From Candidatus Acidulodesulfobacterium ferriphilum (GTDB lineage Bacteria; SZUA-79; Acidulodesulfobacterales; Acidulodesulfobacteraceae), in NCBI GenBank assembly GCA_004195035.1, contig SGBD01000001.1, positions 384,368 through 416,367 on the forward strand: 32,000 nucleotides of DNA, written 5' to 3'. The translations under genes were made by a program, and so were the position numbers. This document shows positions 10,094 to 19,696 of this stretch, piece by piece. Position 1 is the first letter of the stretch. Each line of letters begins with the position of its first letter. The notes beneath the pieces were generated by a model, which did not search any database, had not been told where the DNA came from, and saw only the letters and a program-made list of their open reading frames with translations.

Positions 10094-11228
10094 TTATTCC
10101 TTTGCCTTTACTCCCAGCAAATATGCGCTTATAAATTCATCTATATCCCCGTCAAAAACACTCTGGTCGTCATAAACGGTTACCCCCGTTCTATGATCTT
10201 TTATTACACGGTTTGGATTGAGCGTGTAAGACCTTATCTGAGAACCCCATGATATATCTTTTTTGGTTTTTTGAAGCTTGCTTTCCTCTTCCTCTTTTTT
10301 CTTTTTATAATAATCGTATAGTCTTGCCCTTAACAGCTTATATGCAACATCCTTGTTTTTATGCTGGGACCTTTCATTTTGACATGCCACAACAATCCCG
10401 GTCGGAATATGAGTGATTCTGACGGCCGAATCGGTAGTGTTTACATGCTGTCCGCCAGCCCCGCTAGAACGATATGTATCTATCCTTAAATCTTTTTCAT
10501 CTATGACGATGTCGATATTATCGTCTATTTCAGGATAGACAAAAACAGAGGCAAAGGATGTATGCCTTCTTTTATTGGCATCAAAGGGGGAAATCCTGAC
10601 AAGCCTGTGAACCCCGATTTCAGCCTTAAGGTAGCCGTAAGCAAATTCACCGTACACAACAAATGTCACGCTTTTAACACCGGCTTCTTCGCCGGCGTTA
10701 TACTCCATTATAATGGTTTTAAATCTTTTTCGTTCCGCCCATCTTAAATACATTCTCAAAAGCATGTTTGCAAAATCCATAGACTCCGTTCCGCCGGAAC
10801 CTGCGTGAATTTCAACAATAGCGTTAAGCTTATCGTCTTTTCCCGAAAGAGTGAGATCTATTTCTAAACCAGAAATCTCTTTTTCAAGCGGCTTTAGGCT
10901 CTCCGCAAGGTCGGATAACATATTTTCATCGTTAGCCTCTAAAGACAGAGCATATAAATCCTTTATATGTTTAAATTCGCCATAGACCTTATAAAACGGC
11001 TTCAATCTATTTTCAATTGCCGACTTTTCCTTTAGCACCGATGTCGAAAAAGAAATATCGTTATAAAATCCCTCTTTTGCGGTTATCCCGTCTATTTCTT
11101 TAAGCCTGTCCTTTAGTCTGGCAACTTCAAAGCCTCCTCCCTATTTTTTCAAGTTTATCGTCAAGACCTTTTACCATTCTATCCAGAAGGCTTAAATTTA
11201 AAACATCGCTTACCTTTGAATCAGACAC
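10094..11228 (-). CDS. prfB: Peptide chain release factor 2, expressed through a programmed +1 frameshift
   Basis: 'SSGAGGQHVNTTDSAVRITHIPTGIVVACQNERSQHKNK' RF signature. Upstream of the track ORF the minus strand reads GTG TCT GAT TCA AAG ... ATA GGG AGG AGG CTT TGA A. The short ORF VSDSKVSDVLNLSLLDRMVKGLDDKLEKIGRRL* ends at an in-frame UGA, and the +1 frame continues EVARLKDRLKEIDGITAKEGF... into the track ORF. RBS AGGGAG precedes the GTG at 11228. Confidence 0.93.
11127..11132 (-). promoter_or_regulatory. prfB: prfB programmed +1 frameshift site (CTT TGA) with Shine-Dalgarno-like GGGAGGAGG directly upstream
   Basis: Minus-strand sequence ATAGGGAGGAGGCTTTGAAGTTGCC. CTT is at 11132-11130, TGA at 11129-11127, with a purine-rich SD-like stimulator just 5'. 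Confidence 0.92.
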
Positions 11229-11257
11229 TATATAATCTCCCTTAAATATTATAAAAT

Positions 11258-12832
11258 TTAAATCCGCCTTTTAAAAGATTTATTTAAAAAAAGGTATGAT
11301 ATTATTAAATATATTAAAGATAAAGAAAAAAGAGCAGTAACGATATAAGTAAATATATTACCATATAAAGCAAAAAAAGTCTTTTTATTAATTAATTTTA
11401 CATATCCTATCATAAATGTTCTTTTGAAAATGCCTGTTTCTTCCAGTATTTTACCGGTTGGAGATATTATTCCGCTAATTCCGGAGTTTCCAGCCCTTGC
11501 CACATACCTGTCGTTTTCTACTGCCGAAAAAACGGTCATAGACATATCCTGATACGGCGCGGATGTCTTTCCGTACCAGGCGTCGTCCGTAATACTGATT
11601 AAAAGATTAGCGCCGTCTTTTGAAAAATTTCTTACCAATGAGTTAAAATATGCTTCATAGCATATCATGGAACCCGCCTTAATCTTACCGTCTTTTAAAA
11701 TTCTAAATTTTTTACCCGCAGTGAAATTTCCGATTCCCGCTCCTTTTAAAATATGGGCTAAAAAAGGAAATTGATGCCTTAACGGAATATATTCGCCAAA
11801 CGGAACGAGATGATTTTTATCGTAATAAGAATATCTTCCCGATTTGTCAAACATATAATCTCTGTTATAATAGAGGTATTTTCCGTTTAAAAACCTGACG
11901 CCTATGGCTCCAAAAATTAAATTGATATTGCTTTTTTTTACAAAATCCATAATTTTGTTCCAATAGTACGGATAGAATGATATGATGTATGGAAGCGCCG
12001 TTTCAGGCCATACGACAATTTTGGGCTTGTATTTTAACGATTTTTTAGTTAAATTTAAATAAATTTTGGTAGTCCTTTTTTTTGTAATCCTCCATTTTTG
12101 AAACATCCCGATATTTCCTTGAATTAAAGCAACTTCCAGCGGCTTTTTGTTCTTTAACGATGCCCTTACGGAATAAATATTATAATAGCCGTACAATATA
12201 ACCGAAATAAAGATAAGTAAAACCAAAATCAGCTCAAAAAGCGCCTGTTTTTTTGATATTTCATTTTTAAAGAATATAAAGTGGAAAATGGAGTAATTTA
12301 TAAGAACTATGATGAAAGAAAGTCCAAACGCCCCCGTTATATTGGAAATTTGGATGAATGGAAGATTTAAATATTGGGAAAAACCCAAATTTTCCCACGG
12401 AAAACCTGTCAGCAGGTTTGATTTCAGAAACTCAAAAAAAACCCAGCATGACGGAATTAAAATAATGCTTAATCTTTTATAATTATTTAACAAAATTTTA
12501 CCGAACCCTGCAAATAAAGCGATGTACAGGCTTAAATAAGCGGAAAGAAGCAGAAGGGCAAAGACGGCTGTATAATATGGAAGGTTTCCAAAAACATGGA
12601 CGGTATATACTATCCAGTACATTATAAAAATATAGGAAACAAGTCCTGCTATAAAGCCGTAAAAAAACGAATCTTTGAAGCCTCTGGATTTCTTTATTAC
12701 ATATAAAAGAGGGATGAGGGCAAACCATGCAAGAAACTCAAGATTGAAATTCGGAAACAAAAAAGCTATAAGCAATCCCGATAAGGCGGATAAAGCGGCT
12801 CTCATTAAAAAGTCTCTGGAAATTTTCGGCAT
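11258..12832 (-). CDS. lnt: Apolipoprotein N-acyltransferase
   Basis: Multi-TM N-terminus plus nitrilase domain, '..VVWPETALPY..', 'LVPFGEYIPLR', 'GSMICYEAYFNSLVRNFSKDGANLLISITDDAWYG'. Confidence 0.95.
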   Translation of the reverse strand: MPKISRDFLMRAALSALSGLLIAFLFPNFNLEFLAWFALIPLLYVIKKSRGFKDSFFYGFIAGLVSYIFIMYWIVYTVHVFGNLPYYTAVFALLLLSAYLSLYIALFAGFGKILLNNYKRLSIILIPSCWVFFEFLKSNLLTGFPWENLGFSQYLNLPFIQISNITGAFGLSFIIVLINYSIFHFIFFKNEISKKQALFELILVLLIFISVILYGYYNIYSVRASLKNKKPLEVALIQGNIGMFQKWRITKKRTTKIYLNLTKKSLKYKPKIVVWPETALPYIISFYPYYWNKIMDFVKKSNINLIFGAIGVRFLNGKYLYYNRDYMFDKSGRYSYYDKNHLVPFGEYIPLRHQFPFLAHILKGAGIGNFTAGKKFRILKDGKIKAGSMICYEAYFNSLVRNFSKDGANLLISITDDAWYGKTSAPYQDMSMTVFSAVENDRYVARAGNSGISGIISPTGKILEETGIFKRTFMIGYVKLINKKTFFALYGNIFTYIVTALFSLSLIYLIISYLFLNKSFKRRI

Positions 12833-12872
12833 TATAGAATTAAGGTCATTTATTTAAACTTCGTTTGAATTT

Positions 12873-13754
12873 CTAAAGAACCTTTTTCGATTCTTCCCAT
12901 AAGTCGTCAAGTTTTTGAGGACCGAGTTCGGAAAACGGAAGCAAAGCTTTCTTCTCCATATAACCGAATCTTTCTATAAATTTATTCGATGATTTATTTA
13001 AAGCATTGCAGGGATGAATATCCATAAATCTTCCTATATTAACAATCGAAAATATTATATCCCCGTATTCCTCTTTAATCTTGTTTAAAATATTTTCATC
13101 TTTCGGTTTATCTTTACTTTTATTTAATTCATTTAATTCATTTTTAAGTTCGGCAAGCTCTTCATAAATCTTATTAAAGGCATCGCCTAAATTGTCGAAA
13201 TCAAATCCTAATCTTTTAGCCTTTTCCTGTATCATATTAGCCCTGTGAAGAGCGGGCAAGCTTTCGGATACATACACGGAGGAGTTTTTTGTTTTTGAAG
13301 GGGCTCCGATGTTTTGTTGTTTTTCCATTTTCTCTTCAGCCTTAATTCTTTCCCAATTTTTAAGAATAACATCGTCTAAACACTCCCCCTCTTTTAATGA
13401 AAAAGAGGCATCAAAAACATGCGGATGCCTTCTGAGCAATTTTTTAATTATGGCATTTACGACATCGTCTAATGAAAATTCTTTCTTTTCTTCGTATATG
13501 TCGGATAAAAATATGACCTGGAGTAGCAAATCGCCCAACTCTTCCATTATCTCTATCTTTTCCCCCGAACTTATCGCATCTACGACTTCGTAGGCTTCTT
13601 CTATAACATAGGGCTTTAATGTCTCTTCGGTCTGTTTTCTATCCCATGGGCAACCCTCTTCCGACCGCAATTTCTTGACTATGTTTATTAGTCCCTGAAT
13701 CCCTGAATATTTTTCATAGTTTTCATAATTTTTCATATTCTTTTGACCAATCAT
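12873..13754 (-). CDS. mazG: Nucleoside triphosphate pyrophosphohydrolase MazG
   Basis: 'LRSEEGCPWDRKQTEETLKPYVIEEAYEVVDAI...EELGDLLLQVIFLSDIYEE' and a second MazG domain 'EEYGDIIFSIVNIGRFMDIHPCNALNKSSNKFIERF'. Confidence 0.94.
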   Translation of the reverse strand: MIGQKNMKNYENYEKYSGIQGLINIVKKLRSEEGCPWDRKQTEETLKPYVIEEAYEVVDAISSGEKIEIMEELGDLLLQVIFLSDIYEEKKEFSLDDVVNAIIKKLLRRHPHVFDASFSLKEGECLDDVILKNWERIKAEEKMEKQQNIGAPSKTKNSSVYVSESLPALHRANMIQEKAKRLGFDFDNLGDAFNKIYEELAELKNELNELNKSKDKPKDENILNKIKEEYGDIIFSIVNIGRFMDIHPCNALNKSSNKFIERFGYMEKKALLPFSELGPQKLDDLWEESKKVL

Positions 13755-13787
13755 AATATAGCCTCTTATTTTGAAAGAAAAGGGGAT

Positions 13788-14552
13788 TTAAAAATAAAAC
13801 AGTTTAAAAATTAGAGCGGTTATCAGGACGCCTATTAAACTGCCGACAAAAACCTCGAGCCTTGTATGAATACCGCTATTTATTCGGGAAAAGGCTATAA
13901 GCAAAGCCAGAACAAATGTAAGAAGCGAAACAACAGGGTTTAATGTTAAAAATGAAACCATCAGCCATATTGAAAAAGCAATAGCGGAGTGCCCGCTCGG
14001 CAGCCCGCCCCGAAGCGGCGTACCCTTATTAAACATTGCCTTTATTATGATTATAGCGACAAAAACAAGCGATATAACAACGATTGCGATGTCCGAACCC
14101 GGTGTCCTTATCATATTTACAATGTAGTATATCATATAATAAAGATATTTTGAAAATATTTCATAACCTACTATAAAAGCTCCAAAAGCCGACAAAAGAA
14201 CCGCCCCTGCCGCCAAATTTTTTACGGCAGCCATTTTTGGGGACTGTTCTTTAGAAATAAAGTCGGACAAATATTCTATGGAAGTGTTCACGGTTTCGGC
14301 AAATAAGACAAAAAATACGGAAATGAATATCAGGAGCAGGTCGATTTTGGGCAACCGTAAAAAAAGGGCAAGCAAAATTGCGCTTAAAGCAACTATAAAA
14401 TGAATCCGCATATTCCTTTCGGTCTTAGTTGCAAGTATTATTCCTTCTATTGCCGCATTTAACGATTCGGTCAATGTTTGCGGAGTATATTTTTTATCCC
14501 TATGCTTATAATCGTCTTTAATTTTAATATGGTTGCTTTCCATGATATTCAA
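13788..14552 (-). CDS. DgkA-like (diacylglycerol/undecaprenol kinase) domain fused to a PAP2-family phosphatase-like domain
   Basis: N-terminus 'NAAIEGIILATKTERNMRIH..FAETVNTSIEYLSDF..AAVKNLAAGAVL' (DgkA-like). C-terminus 'GGLPSGHSAIAFS...SRINSGIHTRLEVFVG' (PAP2-like). Confidence 0.85.
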   Translation of the reverse strand: MNIMESNHIKIKDDYKHRDKKYTPQTLTESLNAAIEGIILATKTERNMRIHFIVALSAILLALFLRLPKIDLLLIFISVFFVLFAETVNTSIEYLSDFISKEQSPKMAAVKNLAAGAVLLSAFGAFIVGYEIFSKYLYYMIYYIVNMIRTPGSDIAIVVISLVFVAIIIIKAMFNKGTPLRGGLPSGHSAIAFSIWLMVSFLTLNPVVSLLTFVLALLIAFSRINSGIHTRLEVFVGSLIGVLITALIFKLFYF

Positions 14553-15079
14553 ATCTTATCGAATAATAGTTTTTGCATATCCTTCATTTCTTTATCGTAA
14601 GTTTCATCGTTAATATCTAAAATATGCTCTTCGTCATGAACATATCCAAAAAGATGTAAAATTCCGTGAATTATCAAAAGGGCTAATTCTTTGTTGAATC
14701 CGTTAATCTTGCAGGGATTTATGCCCCTGCTATTGTTACATGTAATCCATTTTTCTTTCTCCCAAAAATCCTTGTATTTTAAATAGTTTTTCCGGGCAAC
14801 GGACGGAGCTATATAAATTTCTCCTATATGAAAAATATCCCCCTCATACTCTTTGATTTCAAAGGATAAAACATCGGTCGCGGCATCTTTATGCAGGTAA
14901 GCTTTATTTAGTTTCCGTATATAGGCAGGGGAGCAAAAAATTATATCGATTTCGTAAGAACCGCAAAAAAGATTTAGGATAGCGCTATGAACGATATAAC
15001 GGACTAACCTTTGATTTATTCCCTGCTTCCTTTGGAGATTCGTTATATTTACTATCTTCTTTGGCTTCCGTTTCTTCAT
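14549..15079 (-). CDS. ybeY: Endoribonuclease YbeY (rRNA maturation)
   Basis: Metal-binding motif 'HGILHLFGYVHDEE' and 'DAATDVLSFEI'. 4-nt overlap with the downstream dgkA-PAP2 gene. Confidence 0.93.
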   Translation of the reverse strand: MKKRKPKKIVNITNLQRKQGINQRLVRYIVHSAILNLFCGSYEIDIIFCSPAYIRKLNKAYLHKDAATDVLSFEIKEYEGDIFHIGEIYIAPSVARKNYLKYKDFWEKEKWITCNNSRGINPCKINGFNKELALLIIHGILHLFGYVHDEEHILDINDETYDKEMKDMQKLLFDKI

Positions 15080-17300
15080 ATTCTAGTGACCTGCCCGTAT
15101 AAGGAATTCTTTGGTGAAAAACGCTGTTCAACACTTTAACGAATGCCGACCCTATAATATGCAGGTCTTTTAATGTCAACTCGCACTCATCGAGTTGTCC
15201 GTCGCTATAAATTCTATTCACCGTCTTTCTAACCATTAATTCTAACCGGGATGGAGAAATATTAACCATTGTCCTTGAAATAGCCTCGACGGAATCGGCT
15301 AACATTATTATACCGGCTTCCTTGGTTTGGGGCTTTTTCCCGTTGTATCTGAATGTGTCTTTGGAAAGACCCTCGTCTTTATTCTCCTTAGAAGCCTTCT
15401 CGTAAAATGCTCCAATCATGGATGTTCCATGATGTTCGCTAATTATATTTTCGACCCTGGTTCCCAATCTATATTTTTTTGAAAGCTCCTGCCCCTCTTT
15501 AACATGGGAGGCTATTATCAAACTGCTCATCGTCGGGGCAAGTTTATCGTGCGGGTTTTCTCGATTAGATATATTTTCGATATAATAATTTGGTTTTATG
15601 ATCTTTCCTATGTCGTGATACAGGCTCGCGACTCTTGTCAGCAAGGGGTTTGCGCCGATGGCAAATGCGGCTGATTCCGCCAGTGTGGCAACCATTATCG
15701 AATGCTGATAGGTGCCGGGAGCCGCAATGGATAATTGTTTTAACAAAGGGTGATTGGTATTTGAAAGCTCAAGCAGTTTAAAATCCGTCGTATATCCAAA
15801 AATCCTTTCAAGTAAAGGTATCAGCCCGATTACCATTATGGATGAAATAACGCCCGATAAAAACGCAAAGACAATGCTGTAAATGTTCTGGATATTGATC
15901 AGGTTAAGCCTCATTAAAGCGAATGCGATAACTATGCAGACATTTAAAACGCCGGTTATAACCCCCGCTTTCACTATTCTGCCCCATGAAGAAAAGTCAA
16001 AAACCTCATAGGATGCGATTAAGCTCCCGCCAAATGTGTAAATCATAAAAAAGATGGAGTTTTTGAAAATTATCGATGTTAAAATCGAAAAAAGGGCTAT
16101 ATAAACAACCGAAACCTCCGAATTCAACACTATTCTAATCAGCATGGGACCGAAGGCAAAGGGTATTAAATAATAAATATCGTTACGATTAATAAACGGA
16201 AAATATAAAGTCAGGGCATTCGCGAAAATAATCCCCGCTTTAATTATCAAAATAGATGTTATTAAAATCGTAATGATAAAAAGAATATTCTTGAAATCAA
16301 GCGATAATCTGAACTTCCTGATATATCTATAAGGAAAAATATAGGAAAGAGACAAAAGAATTACGACAACAAAAAATAGGCCGATCAGGGAGGGAATATT
16401 GTTTTCTAATTTAAATATCGATTCGTAGGTATTTAACTCGAGAGCCTTGGATTTAGTGATAAGCTTGCCCGCATTAATCAGAAGCATACCTTTATCCACA
16501 TGTATATAGATAAGCGGGGTTTTCTTTTTAATATCCTCGATTTTTTTTAGCGTAAGATATTTAGAATACACAATATCAGGCTTAATAACACGGTAAACCA
16601 ATTTATATATATCGTTCTGCATATAAGACGGCAAAAAGCTCAAATACTGCCTCGTATAATAATATGTAAAACCTTTAACCTTGTTTAGTGTGAAAAATAT
16701 CTGGGGATAGCCTATTATCCTTGAGCTGTTTGTTATAACATTTCTTATTTCTATCTTTTTATCATTCGAAGGCGGCTCTGACAAAACACCTTTTTTATAA
16801 ATATCGTCAACTATTTTTAAAATATAATTTTCGACATTTTTATTATAATTTAAAAAATAAAACTCGTTGAGGGTGGCTTTGTCTAATTTTATGCCAAGCT
16901 TCGAAGCGAATATATTCCCTGATACGGCTAAATTTCCATTATTTTGCGGATGAGCATGTTTATAAGATCTTGCAAAGGCAAAAGCCCTCCTTATCTTTCT
17001 CAGGAGCGTTACCTTGACTTCGGGGTAAAACAAGTAAACATCGGGGGTATTTTCAATTTTTTGTTTAAGCAGGTTGTTGGTCGCCTTTACATTAATATAC
17101 CTAAAACTTTTCTCGGCTATTATTGTCTTTTTTGCAATTTCACCCGCTTTGTACTTGTTCTTAATGAATTCCACGCCGTTGTAAAGCAAAAAGGTCAAAA
17201 ATATTGAGGATATTAAAAGTAATGCTAAAAGGGGATAATAACGGTTTCCTGCTTCTAAGGCGTTATTTTTTAGAAATTCGAGAAATTTCGTTCGTTTCAT
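14985..17300 (-). CDS. 7TMR-HDED / PgpH-type membrane HD-domain phosphohydrolase (likely c-di-AMP phosphodiesterase family)
   Basis: 771 aa with an extracytoplasmic N-terminal region, multiple TMs, then 'PGTYQHSIMVATLAESAAFAIGANPLLTRVASLYHDIGKI' and 'EHHGTSMIGAFY'. Sits in the phoH-pgpH-ybeY-dgkA order. Confidence 0.9.
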   Translation of the reverse strand: MKRTKFLEFLKNNALEAGNRYYPLLALLLISSIFLTFLLYNGVEFIKNKYKAGEIAKKTIIAEKSFRYINVKATNNLLKQKIENTPDVYLFYPEVKVTLLRKIRRAFAFARSYKHAHPQNNGNLAVSGNIFASKLGIKLDKATLNEFYFLNYNKNVENYILKIVDDIYKKGVLSEPPSNDKKIEIRNVITNSSRIIGYPQIFFTLNKVKGFTYYYTRQYLSFLPSYMQNDIYKLVYRVIKPDIVYSKYLTLKKIEDIKKKTPLIYIHVDKGMLLINAGKLITKSKALELNTYESIFKLENNIPSLIGLFFVVVILLSLSYIFPYRYIRKFRLSLDFKNILFIITILITSILIIKAGIIFANALTLYFPFINRNDIYYLIPFAFGPMLIRIVLNSEVSVVYIALFSILTSIIFKNSIFFMIYTFGGSLIASYEVFDFSSWGRIVKAGVITGVLNVCIVIAFALMRLNLINIQNIYSIVFAFLSGVISSIMVIGLIPLLERIFGYTTDFKLLELSNTNHPLLKQLSIAAPGTYQHSIMVATLAESAAFAIGANPLLTRVASLYHDIGKIIKPNYYIENISNRENPHDKLAPTMSSLIIASHVKEGQELSKKYRLGTRVENIISEHHGTSMIGAFYEKASKENKDEGLSKDTFRYNGKKPQTKEAGIIMLADSVEAISRTMVNISPSRLELMVRKTVNRIYSDGQLDECELTLKDLHIIGSAFVKVLNSVFHQRIPYTGRSLEYEETEAKEDSKYNESPKEAGNKSKVSPLYRS

Positions 17301-18357
17301 AGGCTTTTATTATATTTTGAACAAGTTTATGCCTTAGCACATCAGTCCCGTTAAAATGTACTACTTCGATCCCTGAGGTATTGTTTAAAATCTTGCTTGC
17401 GGTTAAGAGACCTGATTCTTTATCTAAAGGAAGATCGGTTTGCGTTATATCGCCGTTTACGACAATTTTTGAACCTGAACCGATTCTTGTAAGCATCATC
17501 TTCATCTGTTCGTTTGTGGCATTTTGCGCTTCATCCAATATTATAAAAGAGTTATTGAGGGTTCTGCCCCTCATAAACGCGATCGGCGCAACCTCTATAA
17601 CATCCGTTTCGATAAGTTTCATTACTTTATCAAACTCGAGCATCTCGTATAGAGCGTCATATAAAGGTCTTAAGTAAGGATTGATTTTTTGTGAAATGTC
17701 TCCGGGTAAAAACCCCAATTTTTCACCGGCTTCTACGGCGGGGCGCGTTAATATTATTCTGTCAAACAGCTTTTTTTGAAATAACGACACTGCACAAGCC
17801 ATAGCAAGATAAGTTTTTCCAGTCCCTGCAGGCCCGACCCCGATAACTATATCGTTTTTATAAATGGCGTCCACATATTTTTTTTGATTTATCGTTCGGG
17901 GAGCTACAATCTTTTTTCTCGGGGTTATTAAGACGGAATTATAAAAATTGGCGCCGATATTTTGACCGGGGCTTTCAGTTTTCATCTTTGCCAGTCTTAT
18001 TAAATCGTTATCCGTAACAACTTTATTTGTTTTATATAAATCTATGAGGTCATATATAAATTCGCCGCAAATTCTCACATTTTCCTTACTGCCCTTAACC
18101 AACAAAACATTGCCCCTGACCGATATATCGACGGCAAATTCAGCCCCGATAATATCTAAGATATGCGAGGATGGGCTGGAAAACTTATTGAAAAGGTCAA
18201 TGTCTTCCAACTCGATCTTTTCAATACGGGCGGAAACATTTTCTTTCGGCTCGCACTCCTTTACCATAACCGCCTGCGCCGTTTTCCGCTCCGCAGCTGC
18301 TGCCTTCCGTATTTTATCGATGTTTCTCAAATTATGTTTTTGACGACCTCTCGGCAC
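17263..18357 (-). CDS. phoH: PhoH family ATPase
   Basis: 'VGPAGTGKTYLAMACAVSLFQKKLFDRIILTRPAVEAGEKLGFLPGD..' and 'FIILDEAQNATNEQMKMMLTRIG'. Confidence 0.93.
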   Translation of the reverse strand: MPRGRQKHNLRNIDKIRKAAAAERKTAQAVMVKECEPKENVSARIEKIELEDIDLFNKFSSPSSHILDIIGAEFAVDISVRGNVLLVKGSKENVRICGEFIYDLIDLYKTNKVVTDNDLIRLAKMKTESPGQNIGANFYNSVLITPRKKIVAPRTINQKKYVDAIYKNDIVIGVGPAGTGKTYLAMACAVSLFQKKLFDRIILTRPAVEAGEKLGFLPGDISQKINPYLRPLYDALYEMLEFDKVMKLIETDVIEVAPIAFMRGRTLNNSFIILDEAQNATNEQMKMMLTRIGSGSKIVVNGDITQTDLPLDKESGLLTASKILNNTSGIEVVHFNGTDVLRHKLVQNIIKAYETNEISRISKK

Positions 18358-18422
18358 TTATAAATTTATATTTATAGTTAATTATAACATTATAGTCAAA
18401 AAAGTCAAAATCGCAAGATTTA

Positions 18423-18444
18423 AAATATGGCGTCTGCCATATTT
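18423..18444 (-). terminator. Short hairpin between the HsdR-N gene and phoH (possible weak terminator)
   Basis: Perfect 9-bp inverted repeat AAATATGGC-N4-GCCATATTT, 12 nt downstream of the 18456 stop on the minus strand, with a short T run. GC-poor stem. Confidence 0.35.
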
Positions 18445-18455
18445 AAGCCTGAAAT

Positions 18456-19499
18456 CTAATGCACTTCCAGAATATTTCCTTTGTATCCAAATTTTTCAAG
18501 CAGCATTCTACTATTGTTAATACAACCGGCGGTACTAAAATGCGTTTCAATAAATAATCCGTTAGATAATTTTTTTGGCGCTCTAAAATTATCCTTATAC
18601 CTATGTTTAGGTTCTGTATTAATCAGATTTCTTTTGCGGCCCGTTGGTATCGGACACTCCTTCCTAGTCAATTTACCTTTCTTAATAAGCCATTCCGCAG
18701 TATTAGTCAATATTTCCAGAGATTTTCTTACCTCAAAATAATTACCATTAATTTTAATGCTCTTTGGATTTATGTTTTCTTCAACCTGAGTATTGGTATG
18801 TTCTGGCTCAATTTCCTCGGCGGATAAAATTCCTTCTTTAATCCTCTCTCTTAAAAAATCTTCAATCATCATAGTTTCGAATTTAAAATCCGGATACCCT
18901 TCAATTATTATTTTACTAAAAACAGGGGTTAATCCTTTTATTATTTCTTCCGGTTCCTCAATCAACGATTTCCAGACCTCATCAAGTATCTTAAGTTTAT
19001 TTATAAGATTTTCGATATTTTCAATGCTCTCTTTGCTGATAGTATTTAGTTTTCTTATAACGGCAGTTAATCCATCGCTTTCCATATCCGTTTTCCATAC
19101 TATTCGCTCTGATACGGTTGTTCCTTCTTCAAATGATCTAAATAGTATCCAAATTACCCCGTTGGTTAAAACGCTATATTTCATCCCTTCAGAAAAACAG
19201 TATCTCGCTAATTGTTTTAGCGGTGATATATCAGATTTTTCTTCAATATCTGTAGATAAATTCTTGGCTTCAATAAAAATCACTTTTTTATCGTTTTTAA
19301 TAAGAACATAATCGGGTATGCCTTTGCCTTCATCAATTGAAATATTTGGTTGAACATCTTCGGGATTTTCAGTATCCCAACCTAAACTTCTTAAGAGCGG
19401 ATTTATTACTTGTTCTCTCACAGCCATTTCGTTTTGTTCATAAAGAGAACGGTGTTTCTTAATTTTTTCGAGTATATTTTCTACGGTTCCTTTAAGCAT
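18456..19499 (-). CDS. Stand-alone protein with type I restriction HsdR N-terminal-like PD-(D/E)XK domain and a conserved-looking C-terminal domain
   Basis: 'EQNEMAVREQVINPLLRSLGWDTENPEDVQPNISIDEGKGIPDYVLIKNDKKVIFIEAKN' (PD..EAK). RBS AGGAGG upstream of ATG. No helicase motifs in the 347 aa. Confidence 0.85.
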   Translation of the reverse strand: MLKGTVENILEKIKKHRSLYEQNEMAVREQVINPLLRSLGWDTENPEDVQPNISIDEGKGIPDYVLIKNDKKVIFIEAKNLSTDIEEKSDISPLKQLARYCFSEGMKYSVLTNGVIWILFRSFEEGTTVSERIVWKTDMESDGLTAVIRKLNTISKESIENIENLINKLKILDEVWKSLIEEPEEIIKGLTPVFSKIIIEGYPDFKFETMMIEDFLRERIKEGILSAEEIEPEHTNTQVEENINPKSIKINGNYFEVRKSLEILTNTAEWLIKKGKLTRKECPIPTGRKRNLINTEPKHRYKDNFRAPKKLSNGLFIETHFSTAGCINNSRMLLEKFGYKGNILEVH

Positions 19500-19696
19500 T
19501 GAGTTTACCTCCTAATTATTTATTTTTACACAAAAAATTATGACAAGTTCTCATCTATCCGAGCATTTTTAATTTTATTAGACCTTGCCTACATCCAAGT
19601 GACGATCAGTATTTGAAGTAAAAGTTGGATAAAATTTCCCCGATATATTTAAATACAGACATTTTTATTTCCAAAGTTTTTTATAATTTAAACGCT

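Noticed and set aside
10094-11038. prfB as a 314-aa ORF or possible N-terminally truncated gene
   Set aside because: The missing N-terminus is explained by the canonical RF2 frameshift, not degradation.
18793-19311. 172-aa plus-strand ORF antisense to the HsdR-N gene
   Set aside because: Low-complexity Ser/Ile-rich shadow ORF with no recognisable domain. The minus-strand gene has an excellent RBS and a nuclease motif.
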